From assembly GCA_964427505.1 (NCBI GenBank), contig CAYRUO010000007.1, positions 40,406 to 104,405 on the forward strand: a DNA stretch of 64,000 nt, given 5' to 3'. The notes under the pieces are model-generated. The model did no database searches. It was not told the DNA's origin and worked only from the letters and a program-made list of their open reading frames with translations. The stretch is from an uncultured Thermanaerothrix sp. GTDB taxonomy: Bacteria; Chloroflexota; Anaerolineae; Anaerolineales; Anaerolineaceae. The position numbers and the translations under genes are program-made. This document shows, one piece after another, positions 28,620 through 37,421 of the stretch. Every line of letters begins with the position of its first letter. Position 1 is the first letter of the stretch.

Positions 28620-29303
28620 CTACCCCCTTTCGGGATGCCCGGGGACACCTCCATCCCCGGGCTTTTTTGACCTTGCCTCAGGCCAGAGCCAGGCGGGGAT
28701 TTTCCAAACCGCGTAGGCCTCTGCCGGCAAGCGGGCGATGAACCGCCAGGGCATCGAGCGCCACGGCTCCGGGGCATAGGCAATGCCCACCCGCGCGCCC
28801 ACTTGTAGCCAATCATTCGGGACATTAAAGCCGGGCTCAATCACCAACGGGCTGTCGGGAGCCGTGAGATCACACCCGTTGAAGCGACCGTCAATCTGAA
28901 GCGCCTGACAGACTTTGGCCGGACCGTTGGTCCATTCTGCCGGCGGGCGTCCGGCACGGTTCTGCGCAATCTGCTCCAGGCCTTCACAAGGCAGGATTGC
29001 CCGGATCAACACTGCTGCCGGCTGGCCCTCCGGCCCCACCACTGCGTTCAGGCACCAGTGCATCCCGTAGGTGAAGTACACATAAGCCCGCCCCGGCGGC
29101 CCAAACATCACCGCATTGCGGGGGGTGCGCCCACGGCTGGCATGGCAGGCTTTATCCGCTTCGCCGTCATAGGCTTCGGTTTCGATAATGTAACCGGCCA
29201 GACGGCGTCCATCTTCCAAGCGGCGCACCAGGCGCTGACCCAGCAACGCCTTGGCCACACGGGTAACATCATCGAGATAGAATTCCGGCGGTAAAGGTCG
29301 CAT
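28620..29303 (-). CDS. mpg: DNA-3-methyladenine glycosylase (Mpg/AAG family)
   Basis: Pfam02245-like pattern (VAKALLGQRLVR..., GYIIETEAYDGE.DKACHASRGRTPRN..MFGPPGRAYVYFTYGMHWCLN). Confidence 0.85.
   Translation of the reverse strand: MRPLPPEFYLDDVTRVAKALLGQRLVRRLEDGRRLAGYIIETEAYDGEADKACHASRGRTPRNAVMFGPPGRAYVYFTYGMHWCLNAVVGPEGQPAAVLIRAILPCEGLEQIAQNRAGRPPAEWTNGPAKVCQALQIDGRFNGCDLTAPDSPLVIEPGFNVPNDWLQVGARVGIAYAPEPWRSMPWRFIARLPAEAYAVWKIPAWLWPEARSKKPGDGGVPGHPERG
28637..28668 (+). terminator. Rho-independent terminator of the MacAB-like operon
   Basis: GCCCGGGGA / TCCCCGGGC stem followed by TTTTTT. It lies inside the 3' end of the convergent mpg ORF. Confidence 0.55.
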
Positions 29304-29378
29304 TTTTTCGGCTTCTTTGGGGTTGATTTAGATGGACGTATTATAATGAAAACGCCAAAACATGCTTGTGAGGAATGT

Positions 29379-30827
29379 ATGAATCTGCGGCCCGACCCCG
29401 GTTTAACTTTTGACGATGTTTTGCTGGTGCCCAAGTATTCCGATATTCGCAGCCGCAAAGATGTGGACACCAGCACCTGGCTGGCGCCAGGGATTCGCCT
29501 GCATATCCCGATCCTCTCCGCCAATATGGATACGGTCACCGAGGCCAACATGGCCATCGCCATGGCCCAACAGGGTGGATTGGGGGTATTGCACCGCTTT
29601 ATGAGCATTGAGCGCATGGTTGAAATGGTGCGCAAGGTTAAGCGCGCCGAGAGCATGGTGGTGCTTACCCCGTTGACCATCCTCCCGACTGCCACGGTCG
29701 CCGAAGCCCGCCGCATCATGGCCGAGGAAGAAATCGGCGGCCTGGTGGTCGTGGATGACGCCCAACATCTTTTAGGCCTGGTAACAACGCGCGATGTCTT
29801 GCTTGCCCCCGATGCCGATGCACCGGTCAGTACGGTTATGACCCCGCGCGAGCGCTTGATCGTGGCCGGCGAGAACGAATCGCTAGAAGCGGCGCGGGAA
29901 AAGTTGTACACTCACCGCATTGAAAAACTTCCCTTGGTGGACGGCGAGAATCGCCTGGCGGGTCTAATCACCGTCCAGGATATCGTCAAAATTCAGCAGC
30001 ACCCCCACGCCACCAAGGACGCCTTGGGACGGCTACGGGTGGGGGTGGCGATCGGCGTCAAACCGGAAGAGATCGAACGCGCCGCCGCCTGCGTGGAGGC
30101 CGGTGCGGACATCCTGGTGCTGGATATTGCGCATGGCCACTCCGAGAATGCCCTGCGCATGGTGCGTACGCTGAAGCAGAAATTTCCCGCCATTCCGCTG
30201 ATCGCCGGCAATGTGGCAACCGCCGAAGGCGTGCGTGACCTGGTGAAGGCCGGTGCCGATGCGGTGAAGGTCGGCGTAGGCGCAGGCTCGATCTGCACGA
30301 CCCGCATTGTCACCGGATGTGGTGTGCCGCAATTGACCGCCGTGGCCGAATGCGCCGCCGAAGGGCATCGGCTTAACGTGCCCATCATCGCCGACGGCGG
30401 TATGCGCACCTCCGGCGACGTGACCAAAGCCCTGGCTGCCGGCGCCAGTGCGGTCATGTTGGGCAACATGCTGGCCGGCACCGAGGAAAGTCCCGGGCCC
30501 GAAGTCGTGCGTCAGGGACGGCGCTACAAAGTGGTGCGCGGCATGGCCTCCCTGACCGCCAACGTGGAACGCCGCCGTCTGGAACGCCGCGACGAAGACC
30601 TCGATGAAGAAGAGTGGAGCGAAGTCGTTCCGGAAGGCGTGGAAGCCCTGGTGCCTTACCGCGGCAAGGTCAAGGATATCCTGCACCAGATCGTGGGCGG
30701 GCTCCGCTCAGGGATGAGTTACGTCGGCGCGCATAACCTGCCCGAATTATGGGAGCGTGCCGAATTCATCCGCATCACCCCTGCCGGGAAGGCCGAATCC
30801 GGCGCGCATGATGTGGAATTGATTTGA
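29379..30827 (+). CDS. guaB: IMP dehydrogenase
   Basis: [11 protein letters not shown], tandem CBS domains, catalytic loop [25 protein letters not shown]-like motif. GAGGA RBS precedes the ATG at 29379, and TATAAT lies at 29342-29347. Confidence 0.92.
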   Translation: MNLRPDPGLTFDDVLLVPKYSDIRSRKDVDTSTWLAPGIRLHIPILSANMDTVTEANMAIAMAQQGGLGVLHRFMSIERMVEMVRKVKRAESMVVLTPLTILPTATVAEARRIMAEEEIGGLVVVDDAQHLLGLVTTRDVLLAPDADAPVSTVMTPRERLIVAGENESLEAAREKLYTHRIEKLPLVDGENRLAGLITVQDIVKIQQHPHATKDALGRLRVGVAIGVKPEEIERAAACVEAGADILVLDIAHGHSENALRMVRTLKQKFPAIPLIAGNVATAEGVRDLVKAGADAVKVGVGAGSICTTRIVTGCGVPQLTAVAECAAEGHRLNVPIIADGGMRTSGDVTKALAAGASAVMLGNMLAGTEESPGPEVVRQGRRYKVVRGMASLTANVERRRLERRDEDLDEEEWSEVVPEGVEALVPYRGKVKDILHQIVGGLRSGMSYVGAHNLPELWERAEFIRITPAGKAESGAHDVELI

Positions 30828-30840
30828 GAAAGGAAACCTC

Positions 30841-31764
30841 ATGGCCCGATGGCACCGCCTGTTGCTCGTATCTCTGGTCGCCGGTTTGACCGCCTGCCTG
30901 CCGCAGGTCATCCCCCCCACACCGACGCCACTACCCCCCACGCCAACCCTAACCCCTACCCCCGCCTATGCTCCCTTGAGCGCCATAGATGTGCTCAACG
31001 CCGAATACATGTTACTCGATTTCAGCGGCAACCTGCGCACCATCCGCCTGAACGATGGCACGTATCAATCCGGTAACGACCCCACCCAACCGGACTTCTG
31101 GTCGGTGCGACTGGGCGAAATGATGGCATTCGGCGACCTCAACGGGGATGGGTTGGGAGATGCGGTAGCCACCATCGCCGAGAACTACGGCGGGACGGGC
31201 GTTTTTGTCAACCTGGTCGCACTGCTCAACGAGAACGGACTGCCCCGTCACGTCGCCTCGTACTTCATTGACGACCGCCCTATTCTCGAAACCCTGACCC
31301 TCCAAGATGGGACGATTCGCCTGGCGGCAACCATTCACGGGCCGAATGACCCTGGGTGCTGCCCAACCCAACCGGTGACCCGCGACCTGCGCCTGGTGAA
31401 CAGCAACCTGATGTTGATTCGTGCCACCTCGCAAACGCCGGGTGGTCAGGAACGGCGCATTGATCTGGACGAACCCACCGACAACACGACCCTGAGCACC
31501 AGAGCCCTCCATCTGCGCGGTCGAGTAACCATCGCGCCGTTTGAAAACACCCTGCGCTATCGCCTCACGACCGCCCAGGGCACCACCCTATTGGTCGGGC
31601 CGCTCATGGTCGAAGCCCCCGATCTGGGTGCCCCGGGTACATTTGAAACCACATTAGACCTGCAAAACCTGCCCGGTGGTTTATACTATTTAGAGATCGC
31701 CGACCTGAGCGCTGCCGATGGCAGTATCCTGGCACTGACCACAGCGCGCCTCAACCTTCCATAA
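30841..31764 (+). CDS. Lipoprotein of unknown function with a C-terminal immunoglobulin-like (Gmad2-like) domain
   Basis: Lipobox LVAGLTAC, Pro/Thr linker, an FG-GAP-like [12 protein letters not shown] stretch, and a C-terminal segment ([20 protein letters not shown]...) resembling Gmad2 Ig-like domains. The domain call is tentative. Confidence 0.45.
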   Translation: MARWHRLLLVSLVAGLTACLPQVIPPTPTPLPPTPTLTPTPAYAPLSAIDVLNAEYMLLDFSGNLRTIRLNDGTYQSGNDPTQPDFWSVRLGEMMAFGDLNGDGLGDAVATIAENYGGTGVFVNLVALLNENGLPRHVASYFIDDRPILETLTLQDGTIRLAATIHGPNDPGCCPTQPVTRDLRLVNSNLMLIRATSQTPGGQERRIDLDEPTDNTTLSTRALHLRGRVTIAPFENTLRYRLTTAQGTTLLVGPLMVEAPDLGAPGTFETTLDLQNLPGGLYYLEIADLSAADGSILALTTARLNLP

Positions 31765-31807
31765 AACTCATTTGAATCCGGAATCCGCCCCTACGGAGGA
31801 TAACTTT

Positions 31808-33025
31808 ATGCCCGTTCCTGTCATCGTGGATGCGATTCGCACCCCTATCGGCAACCTGGGGGGCGCCCTGGCCGCCGTGCGCCCGGACGACCTGGCCGCG
31901 TTGGTCATCCGCACCCTGGTGGAACGTAATCATCTCGACCCCACCCTGATCGAAGAGGTTTATTTTGGCTGTGCCAACCAGGCCGGCGAAGATAACCGCA
32001 ACGTCGCCCGCATGGCGGCGCTTTTGGCCGGTCTGCCGGTCGAGGTGGCGGGGGTGACTTTCAACCGCCTGTGCGCCTCCGGCCTGACCGCGGTCAACAT
32101 GGCCGCCCGTGCCATCCGCGTGGGCGAAGGCGAGGTGTTTATCGCCGGGGGCGTTGAAAGCATGTCCCGCGCCCCCTATTCCATTCCCAAGGCGGAAAAA
32201 CCCTTCCCCTACGGCAATCTGACGGCATGGGATACCGCGCTGGGGTGGCGCTACCCTCATCCGCGCATGATCGAGATGTATGGCATCGAATCCATGGGTG
32301 AAACCGCCGAGAATATCGCCGAGATGACCGGCATCACCCGCGAGGAACAGGATCGCTTCGCCTTGCGCAGTCACCAGCGCGCCATCGCCGCCATGGATTC
32401 GGGGCGTTTTGCGGAGGAAATCGTCCCGGTGCCCGTGCCACAGCCCAAAGGCGAGCCAATCCTGGTGACGACCGATGAACGCCCGCGCCGCGACACCTCC
32501 CTGGAAGCGCTGGCGCGGCTCAAACCGGCCTTCCGTCCCGGCGGAACGGTGACCGCCGGCAATTCTTCCGGGATGAATGACGGCGCCGCCGCCGTGCTAG
32601 TCATGAGCGAGGAACGTGCCCGCGCCTTGGGTTTGCGTCCACTGGTGCGCATCCTCGCCAGCGCCGCCGCCGGCGTTGTGCCGCGCCTTATGGGATTGGG
32701 GCCAATCCCGGCCACACGTAAGGTTTTGGCCCGCACCGGGTTGACCCTGGAACACATCGGCCTGATCGAGATCAACGAAGCCTTTGCGGTGCAAACCCTG
32801 GCCGTGATCCGTGAATTGGGATTAAACGAAGACATCGTCAACGTCAATGGGGGTGCGATCGCTTTGGGACACCCACTGGGATGCTCCGGCGCGCGCATCC
32901 TGACCACGTTGATCCATGAGATGCGCCGCCGTGCGCCGCAGATGCCCCGTCCGTTCTACGGCCTGGCAACCCTGTGCGTGGGAGTCGGGCAGGGTGAAGC
33001 GACCCTAGTGGAGTGGGTGGACTGA
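31808..33025 (+). CDS. Acetyl-CoA C-acetyltransferase / thiolase
   Basis: Thiolase motifs (NRLCASGL active-site Cys, [39 protein letters not shown]). GGAGG RBS precedes the ATG at 31808. Confidence 0.9.
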   Translation: MPVPVIVDAIRTPIGNLGGALAAVRPDDLAALVIRTLVERNHLDPTLIEEVYFGCANQAGEDNRNVARMAALLAGLPVEVAGVTFNRLCASGLTAVNMAARAIRVGEGEVFIAGGVESMSRAPYSIPKAEKPFPYGNLTAWDTALGWRYPHPRMIEMYGIESMGETAENIAEMTGITREEQDRFALRSHQRAIAAMDSGRFAEEIVPVPVPQPKGEPILVTTDERPRRDTSLEALARLKPAFRPGGTVTAGNSSGMNDGAAAVLVMSEERARALGLRPLVRILASAAAGVVPRLMGLGPIPATRKVLARTGLTLEHIGLIEINEAFAVQTLAVIRELGLNEDIVNVNGGAIALGHPLGCSGARILTTLIHEMRRRAPQMPRPFYGLATLCVGVGQGEATLVEWVD

Positions 33026-33028
33026 CGT

Positions 33029-34033
33029 ATGTTGATCCTGGTCACCGGCGCCAGTGGTTTCATCGGGGGACATCTGTGCCGTGCCCTGATTGCGCAAGGA
33101 CACCATGTGCGCGCTTTCCACCGCCCCACCAGCGCATTGCAGTTATTGGCCGACCTGCCGGTGGAACATGCCCTGGGTGACCTAACACGGCCTGAAACCC
33201 TGGAAGCCGCATTAGAAGGGGTGGACGTTGTCTTGCATACCGCCGCCCTGCTGGGTGAACGGGCTAGCCCGGCGCAACACTACGCCGTAACCGTAGAAGG
33301 CACCCGCGCCTTACTCACGGCGGCGTTGCGTGCCGGGGTGCAACGGGTGGTGCACACCAGTTCCGCCGTCGCCCTGGGTATTCCACCTCTGACCCGTGAC
33401 GCCGACATTCCCTACATCATGGATGAAACCCACACCTGGAATTACCCCCCGGAACGGTGGCCCTACGCGTATGCCAAATATCTGGCCGAACTGGAAGTGC
33501 AGCGGGCGGTGGCATTGGGATTGGATGCGGTGATCGTCAATCCCACCCTGGTCATCGGGGCCGGCGATCACTACCGGCGGACGCGGTCCATCATTGTGCA
33601 GGTAGCCCAGCGGCGCCTGCCGTTCATCACCGCCGGCGGGCTGAACGCCGTGCACATCGAGGACGTGGTGCAGGGGCATTTGCTGGCCCTGGAACGGGGG
33701 CAACGCGGCGAACGCTATCTCCTGGGGGGTGAGAACCTCACCCTGAGCGCCCTGGCGGAAAAGATCGCCGCGGTATGCGGGGTACCCGGGCCGGGTCCGG
33801 AATGGCCGGCGGGGCTGGTGCGCGCCCTCAGCCGACCGTTCTCCCTGCTTGAAGCCTATCTGAACCTGCCGGTAGATGCACGCACCTTAGCCCTGGCCGG
33901 TTATTATTTCTATTACACCCATGCCAAAGCCCAGACACACCTGGGCTACACCCCACGCCGCACCGTAGAGGACGCCATCCGCGAGGCCTGGGCATGGTTT
34001 AGCGGGAAGACGCAATCACCGGTTTCGGCTTGA
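33029..34033 (+). CDS. NAD-dependent epimerase/dehydratase (extended SDR family)
   Basis: N-terminal GASGFIGGHL Rossmann motif and the YAYAKYLAE (YxxxK) catalytic motif. Confidence 0.8.
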   Translation: MLILVTGASGFIGGHLCRALIAQGHHVRAFHRPTSALQLLADLPVEHALGDLTRPETLEAALEGVDVVLHTAALLGERASPAQHYAVTVEGTRALLTAALRAGVQRVVHTSSAVALGIPPLTRDADIPYIMDETHTWNYPPERWPYAYAKYLAELEVQRAVALGLDAVIVNPTLVIGAGDHYRRTRSIIVQVAQRRLPFITAGGLNAVHIEDVVQGHLLALERGQRGERYLLGGENLTLSALAEKIAAVCGVPGPGPEWPAGLVRALSRPFSLLEAYLNLPVDARTLALAGYYFYYTHAKAQTHLGYTPRRTVEDAIREAWAWFSGKTQSPVSA

Positions 34034-34341
34034 GCCGTTAGCGGCAACGGGTAACCTTGGTATCGCGAGCCTCATCTAAGAAAGATAGGTATCAGATCCC
34101 AGTTAGACTTGCATCGTTATGTGTTATCTTGGATATTCCCGAGGGATTTCTTCTCTTTTTGGTAGAGATGCGTGGACACGATAGAGGCGAGATTCCTGAC
34201 CACCCGGATTAGGGCAGGCGAATAGCTCCTCGCCAAAAACCGGGCGAAATAATGCCTGGCGGGACAAAACCACAACCAACCTATGGGCACGTCACTTATG
34301 GGGATAAGGACATCGGTAGAGACTACATCAATCTCGCTGAA

Positions 34342-35088
34342 ATGGTTTGTTCTATGCTCTGCCATCATACCCAAACCATTCCCATCACTACGTTACTTTT
34401 TTCAATCGTGCTTCTGCTCGGGGCAGCCCTGATCACAGGGTGTCAGTCCACTACTCCCTTATCCTCTCCGACCGCATTACCGGCGAAGATTTTGCCATCC
34501 TCTCCACCTTTGCCTCCAACAACTTTTCCTTCCACTCTCATCCTCGAAATGACCTTTGATATCAAACCACCTCCCACTGAAACGGTTACCCCATCACCAA
34601 CTCCGACTCCCATCCTGGGCCGGGTTGAACAGGTGACCTCGGGCCACTATTTCAGTTGGAATCGCTACATCCATCCCAAATACGGCTTCGCTTTTTCCTT
34701 TCCACCCGATTGGAAAATCATCGTTGAAAATGCTCATTTCGTAGGTCTTGCCAGTCGCACGATACCGGGGTTTGAACTCCATATCAGGTTTAATTTTTCA
34801 TTTATGAAACGGAGGTCTCAATCACACGTACTGAGATCGGCGAGGGTGAGGTGCTGGATCAGGGCCATATTAACTTTCTAGGCAAGATCATTCCCCGCCA
34901 AAGTGTTGGTCTACCAAAGCGAGGTCCCCACAGTACTATACAACTGGGCCTGTGAAACCCGGGTAGGCGATATGGTCTTCATCACTGGCCTGGATTCCCT
35001 AGAAACCGTTCAGCGTACCATTCCGCCCGAAATTCAGACCGTTGCCGATCAGATTGTAGAGTCATTTGAGCGGGTTAAACCGAGATGA
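34342..35088 (+). pseudogene. Lipoprotein gene disrupted by two frameshifts, in the low-GC island
   Basis: Lipobox LLLGAALITGC plus a Pro/Thr/Ser linker. The native-looking reading frame leaves frame 1 near the T5 run at 34794-34798, continues in another frame (FFIYETEVSITRTEIGEGEVLDQGHINFLGKIIPRQ), and returns to frame 1 near 34890-34903 (VLVYQSEVPTVLYNW...). Frame 1 itself hits TAG at 34879. Confidence 0.5.
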
Positions 35089-35272
35089 CCAGAGCCCGGT
35101 CAACCCAACCCACCTTGGCAATAACCTCGGCAACAACAAGGACTGGATAATGGGAGTATCTCTCCTCTAATTCTCGAGGCAGAGATGTATAGTTATCCCC
35201 GCGATGGGTCAAACCATAATGCTTAGATTCGGAAATCCACAGTTGAAAATTCTCCACTGCTGGTTTTACCAT
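35075..35272 (-). CDS. Hypothetical small protein (65 aa); weak call
   Basis: The only sizeable ORF in 35089-35321 (MVKPAVENFQLWISESKHYGLTHRGDNYTSLPRELEERYSHYPVLVVAEVIAKVGWVDRALVISV). No clear RBS and no recognised family. Confidence 0.2.
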   Translation of the reverse strand: MVKPAVENFQLWISESKHYGLTHRGDNYTSLPRELEERYSHYPVLVVAEVIAKVGWVDRALVISV

Positions 35273-35321
35273 ATTTATTGAATAGGAAGATCTAGAAAGC
35301 CAATACGGAGGTAAAAAAATC

Positions 35322-35858
35322 ATGATTAGACGATTCATTTTTACCCTGATGATTTTAACATCATTGCTATCTCTAAACTTGGTGACCGCAAATGCAAACG
35401 GACTGGAGGTGAACATCCAATACTGGAAGCGATCAACCCAGGGTACCTATTACGTTGCCATCCCATTTGAGAGCGTTTCAGAGAGCCAGCCGCTTAAAGA
35501 CATTTACATGATTTCTGCTGGTGGATGTAAAATATTCACCAAGGGCATCGATATTTACAATTCCCTGCAAATCAAAGTAGCCACTTATGCTCAAGAGATT
35601 AGCTGGTGTTATGATGGTCAAAAGATCACCAGCCTGTCGCGCACGCGTTGGGGAACAGTCAATGCTCCTATATACCAGTTTAACGGGCACATTGGAAACA
35701 CCGAGTCGGGCGGGAAGGGTCAAGCCCTATATCGTGCCTGGACTCAAGGTTCATTTTGCGAGATTGCACCCGGAATGGGCTGTGTATGGAATTTTTACCC
35801 CTGGGTGGATCAATATGTCTTCTCAGATGGTTCCTATTGGGGAAACGCAGGATGGTAA
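35322..35858 (+). CDS. Secreted Trp/Tyr/Gly-rich protein with four Cys, unknown function
   Basis: GGAGG lies 9 nt upstream of the ATG. Classic Sec signal peptide (MIRRFIFTLMILTSLLSLNLVTANA). The mature ~153 aa has 8 Trp and 4 Cys. Low GC. No family recognised. Confidence 0.65.
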   Translation: MIRRFIFTLMILTSLLSLNLVTANANGLEVNIQYWKRSTQGTYYVAIPFESVSESQPLKDIYMISAGGCKIFTKGIDIYNSLQIKVATYAQEISWCYDGQKITSLSRTRWGTVNAPIYQFNGHIGNTESGGKGQALYRAWTQGSFCEIAPGMGCVWNFYPWVDQYVFSDGSYWGNAGW

Positions 35859-36196
35859 AGAAGTCATTTTTCTCCCTACTTCAGCAACCTTCATTTGCTT
35901 GGATCGGAGTAACACTCACGTTACTAATAACATTCGGCATAGTGTTCTTGATATCCAAGCAACCATGGTTGTTGGTCGTTATCTTTGGAGTCTTGGTATG
36001 GTCGAGTCTAGCCATGCATCTAACAACTAAACGCGGGTGGGCAAAAGGGCTTTCCTTGCTGATCCTCATCTTTAGCCTCTCTGGCCTTTGCCTATCACCA
36101 GCTCTATTGATTACGGCTTCTAATAAGATGCCTTCGGACAACCTTCGCATCCTTCTGGAAAAACTTATCCAAACCAGACAATGGCTTGGCCAATGA
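35852..36196 (+). CDS. Small 3-TM membrane protein, translationally coupled to the secreted protein gene
   Basis: The ATG at 35852 overlaps the upstream stop (GGATGGTAA). 114 aa with three hydrophobic segments. Clearly similar to the C-terminal half of the LuxR-type protein at 36428-37033. Confidence 0.6.
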   Translation: MVKKSFFSLLQQPSFAWIGVTLTLLITFGIVFLISKQPWLLVVIFGVLVWSSLAMHLTTKRGWAKGLSLLILIFSLSGLCLSPALLITASNKMPSDNLRILLEKLIQTRQWLGQ

Positions 36197-36427
36197 TGCA
36201 CGAAATTACCTTCGCCAGCCCCCAACTTTTGGTCACTTATACACGTGCTAGAAATGGACTAAGAGTTGTTCTTATGGGTTTTCCGAAAAACTGTCTTGAT
36301 AATGCAACAGTCAGTAATGCATTCCACACCCAAGTTACCAAAACAGCCATCACCAGACATCTAAGAGGGGGTAAACTTAAGCCATGTATTGATATTAAGC
36401 AATGTGGTCCGGGCATAACAAGAGCTC

Positions 36428-37033
36428 ATGGAACAATATCCTGATCCAATGTTTAGCAACCGCGAAATTGAAGTCGTGGCTTTACTGCTCCAGGGAAAAA
36501 GCAACAAAGAAATTGCCCACACCCTGGGTGTCTCAAATCGTACCATTGAAGCCCACTTGAGTTCAATATATTCCAAGCTGGCCGTAACCTCTCGAACCGA
36601 AGCAGTCATCAAACTAACCCAGATGGGATGGAGCAGTGCCACAGACAAAACACTGTCTGAAGAAGCTAACAAGGCCCCTGCGCTCGACAACCGAACTACG
36701 CAAGTTAAGGATACACTTGCAAAACCGTTACGATCTTCTGCCGGAAAGTGGGCGGTGATAACACTCCTAACAACTTTAGGACTTATTTGGATCTTCACAA
36801 AACAAAATTGGCTTCTGGTACCCATGCTGGGCTTCATGGCGTGGATTGGTCTGGCAGAGTACCTCACAGCGACCAATGTTTGGAAAAAATGGATATCACT
36901 TTTGATTTTTATACTGGGATTTTCTCTGCTATGCATCTCCCCTGCTTGGTTGATTTCTACAACTCCTTTAGCAAGTGATAACGCCATTCTGGATTTACTC
37001 CAAAAGATCCTACATGCCACATCGAGGCAATAA
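36428..37033 (+). CDS. Membrane-tethered LuxR/GerE-type HTH regulator (N-terminal HTH, C-terminal 3-TM domain)
   Basis: N-terminal GerE motif (FSNREIEVVALLLQGKSNKEIAHTLGVSNRTIEAHLSSIYSKLAV.SRTEA) with no receiver domain. The C-terminal ~100 aa has three TM segments paralogous to 35852-36196. Confidence 0.75.
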   Translation: MEQYPDPMFSNREIEVVALLLQGKSNKEIAHTLGVSNRTIEAHLSSIYSKLAVTSRTEAVIKLTQMGWSSATDKTLSEEANKAPALDNRTTQVKDTLAKPLRSSAGKWAVITLLTTLGLIWIFTKQNWLLVPMLGFMAWIGLAEYLTATNVWKKWISLLIFILGFSLLCISPAWLISTTPLASDNAILDLLQKILHATSRQ

Positions 37034-37421
37034 CGCATTACTATTACTAACCAGTGAATTTTCCCGATACCCCACTTACACCTCCAATTTGTTCCCGAAA
37101 AACCAAGAAACGACCAGGTTGGAAAGGGTCTGTCCAAAAGCTGGTGGATTTTTGCTCTACCAGCAAAAACCAGCACGTCTAGCGGCCTTACTCATTCAAT
37201 TGCCCGTAATAGTGGTGGTTATAATCTGCCGACCAATGTTGAGGCAAACACAAAATTCCTATTACATTGACAACGCCGTAACAAACTCACGTGATAAGGC
37301 AATCAACTTCGGAGTTCAATACTGGATCACTCAATCCGACGGCGGTTAAGCACACCGATCATTCAAGCAGACCCACAAGGGGAGATTGAGTTTAAGCGGG
37401 ATTATTCATTGTGTTCCAACC

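Noticed and set aside
29108-29911. 267-aa minus-strand ORF antisense to guaB
   Set aside because: It lies entirely within a confidently identified gene on the other strand. Its translation is Ser/Arg/Ala/Thr-rich low-complexity sequence, typical of off-frame reading of high-GC DNA.
36181-36444. 87-aa ORF spanning the gap between the 3-TM gene and the LuxR-TM gene
   Set aside because: It overlaps both neighbours' ends and has no RBS or recognisable features. The region is more likely the promoter or regulatory region for the LuxR-TM gene.
36361-37176. 271-aa minus-strand ORF covering the LuxR-TM gene region
   Set aside because: The plus-strand frame encodes an unmistakable GerE HTH, plus a TM domain paralogous to the neighbouring gene. 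The minus-strand product has no motifs and no plausible start context.
36975-37349. 124-aa plus-strand ORF in the island tail
   Set aside because: It overlaps the 3' end of the LuxR-TM gene. It has no RBS and an implausible composition, so the region is treated as non-coding (see finding).
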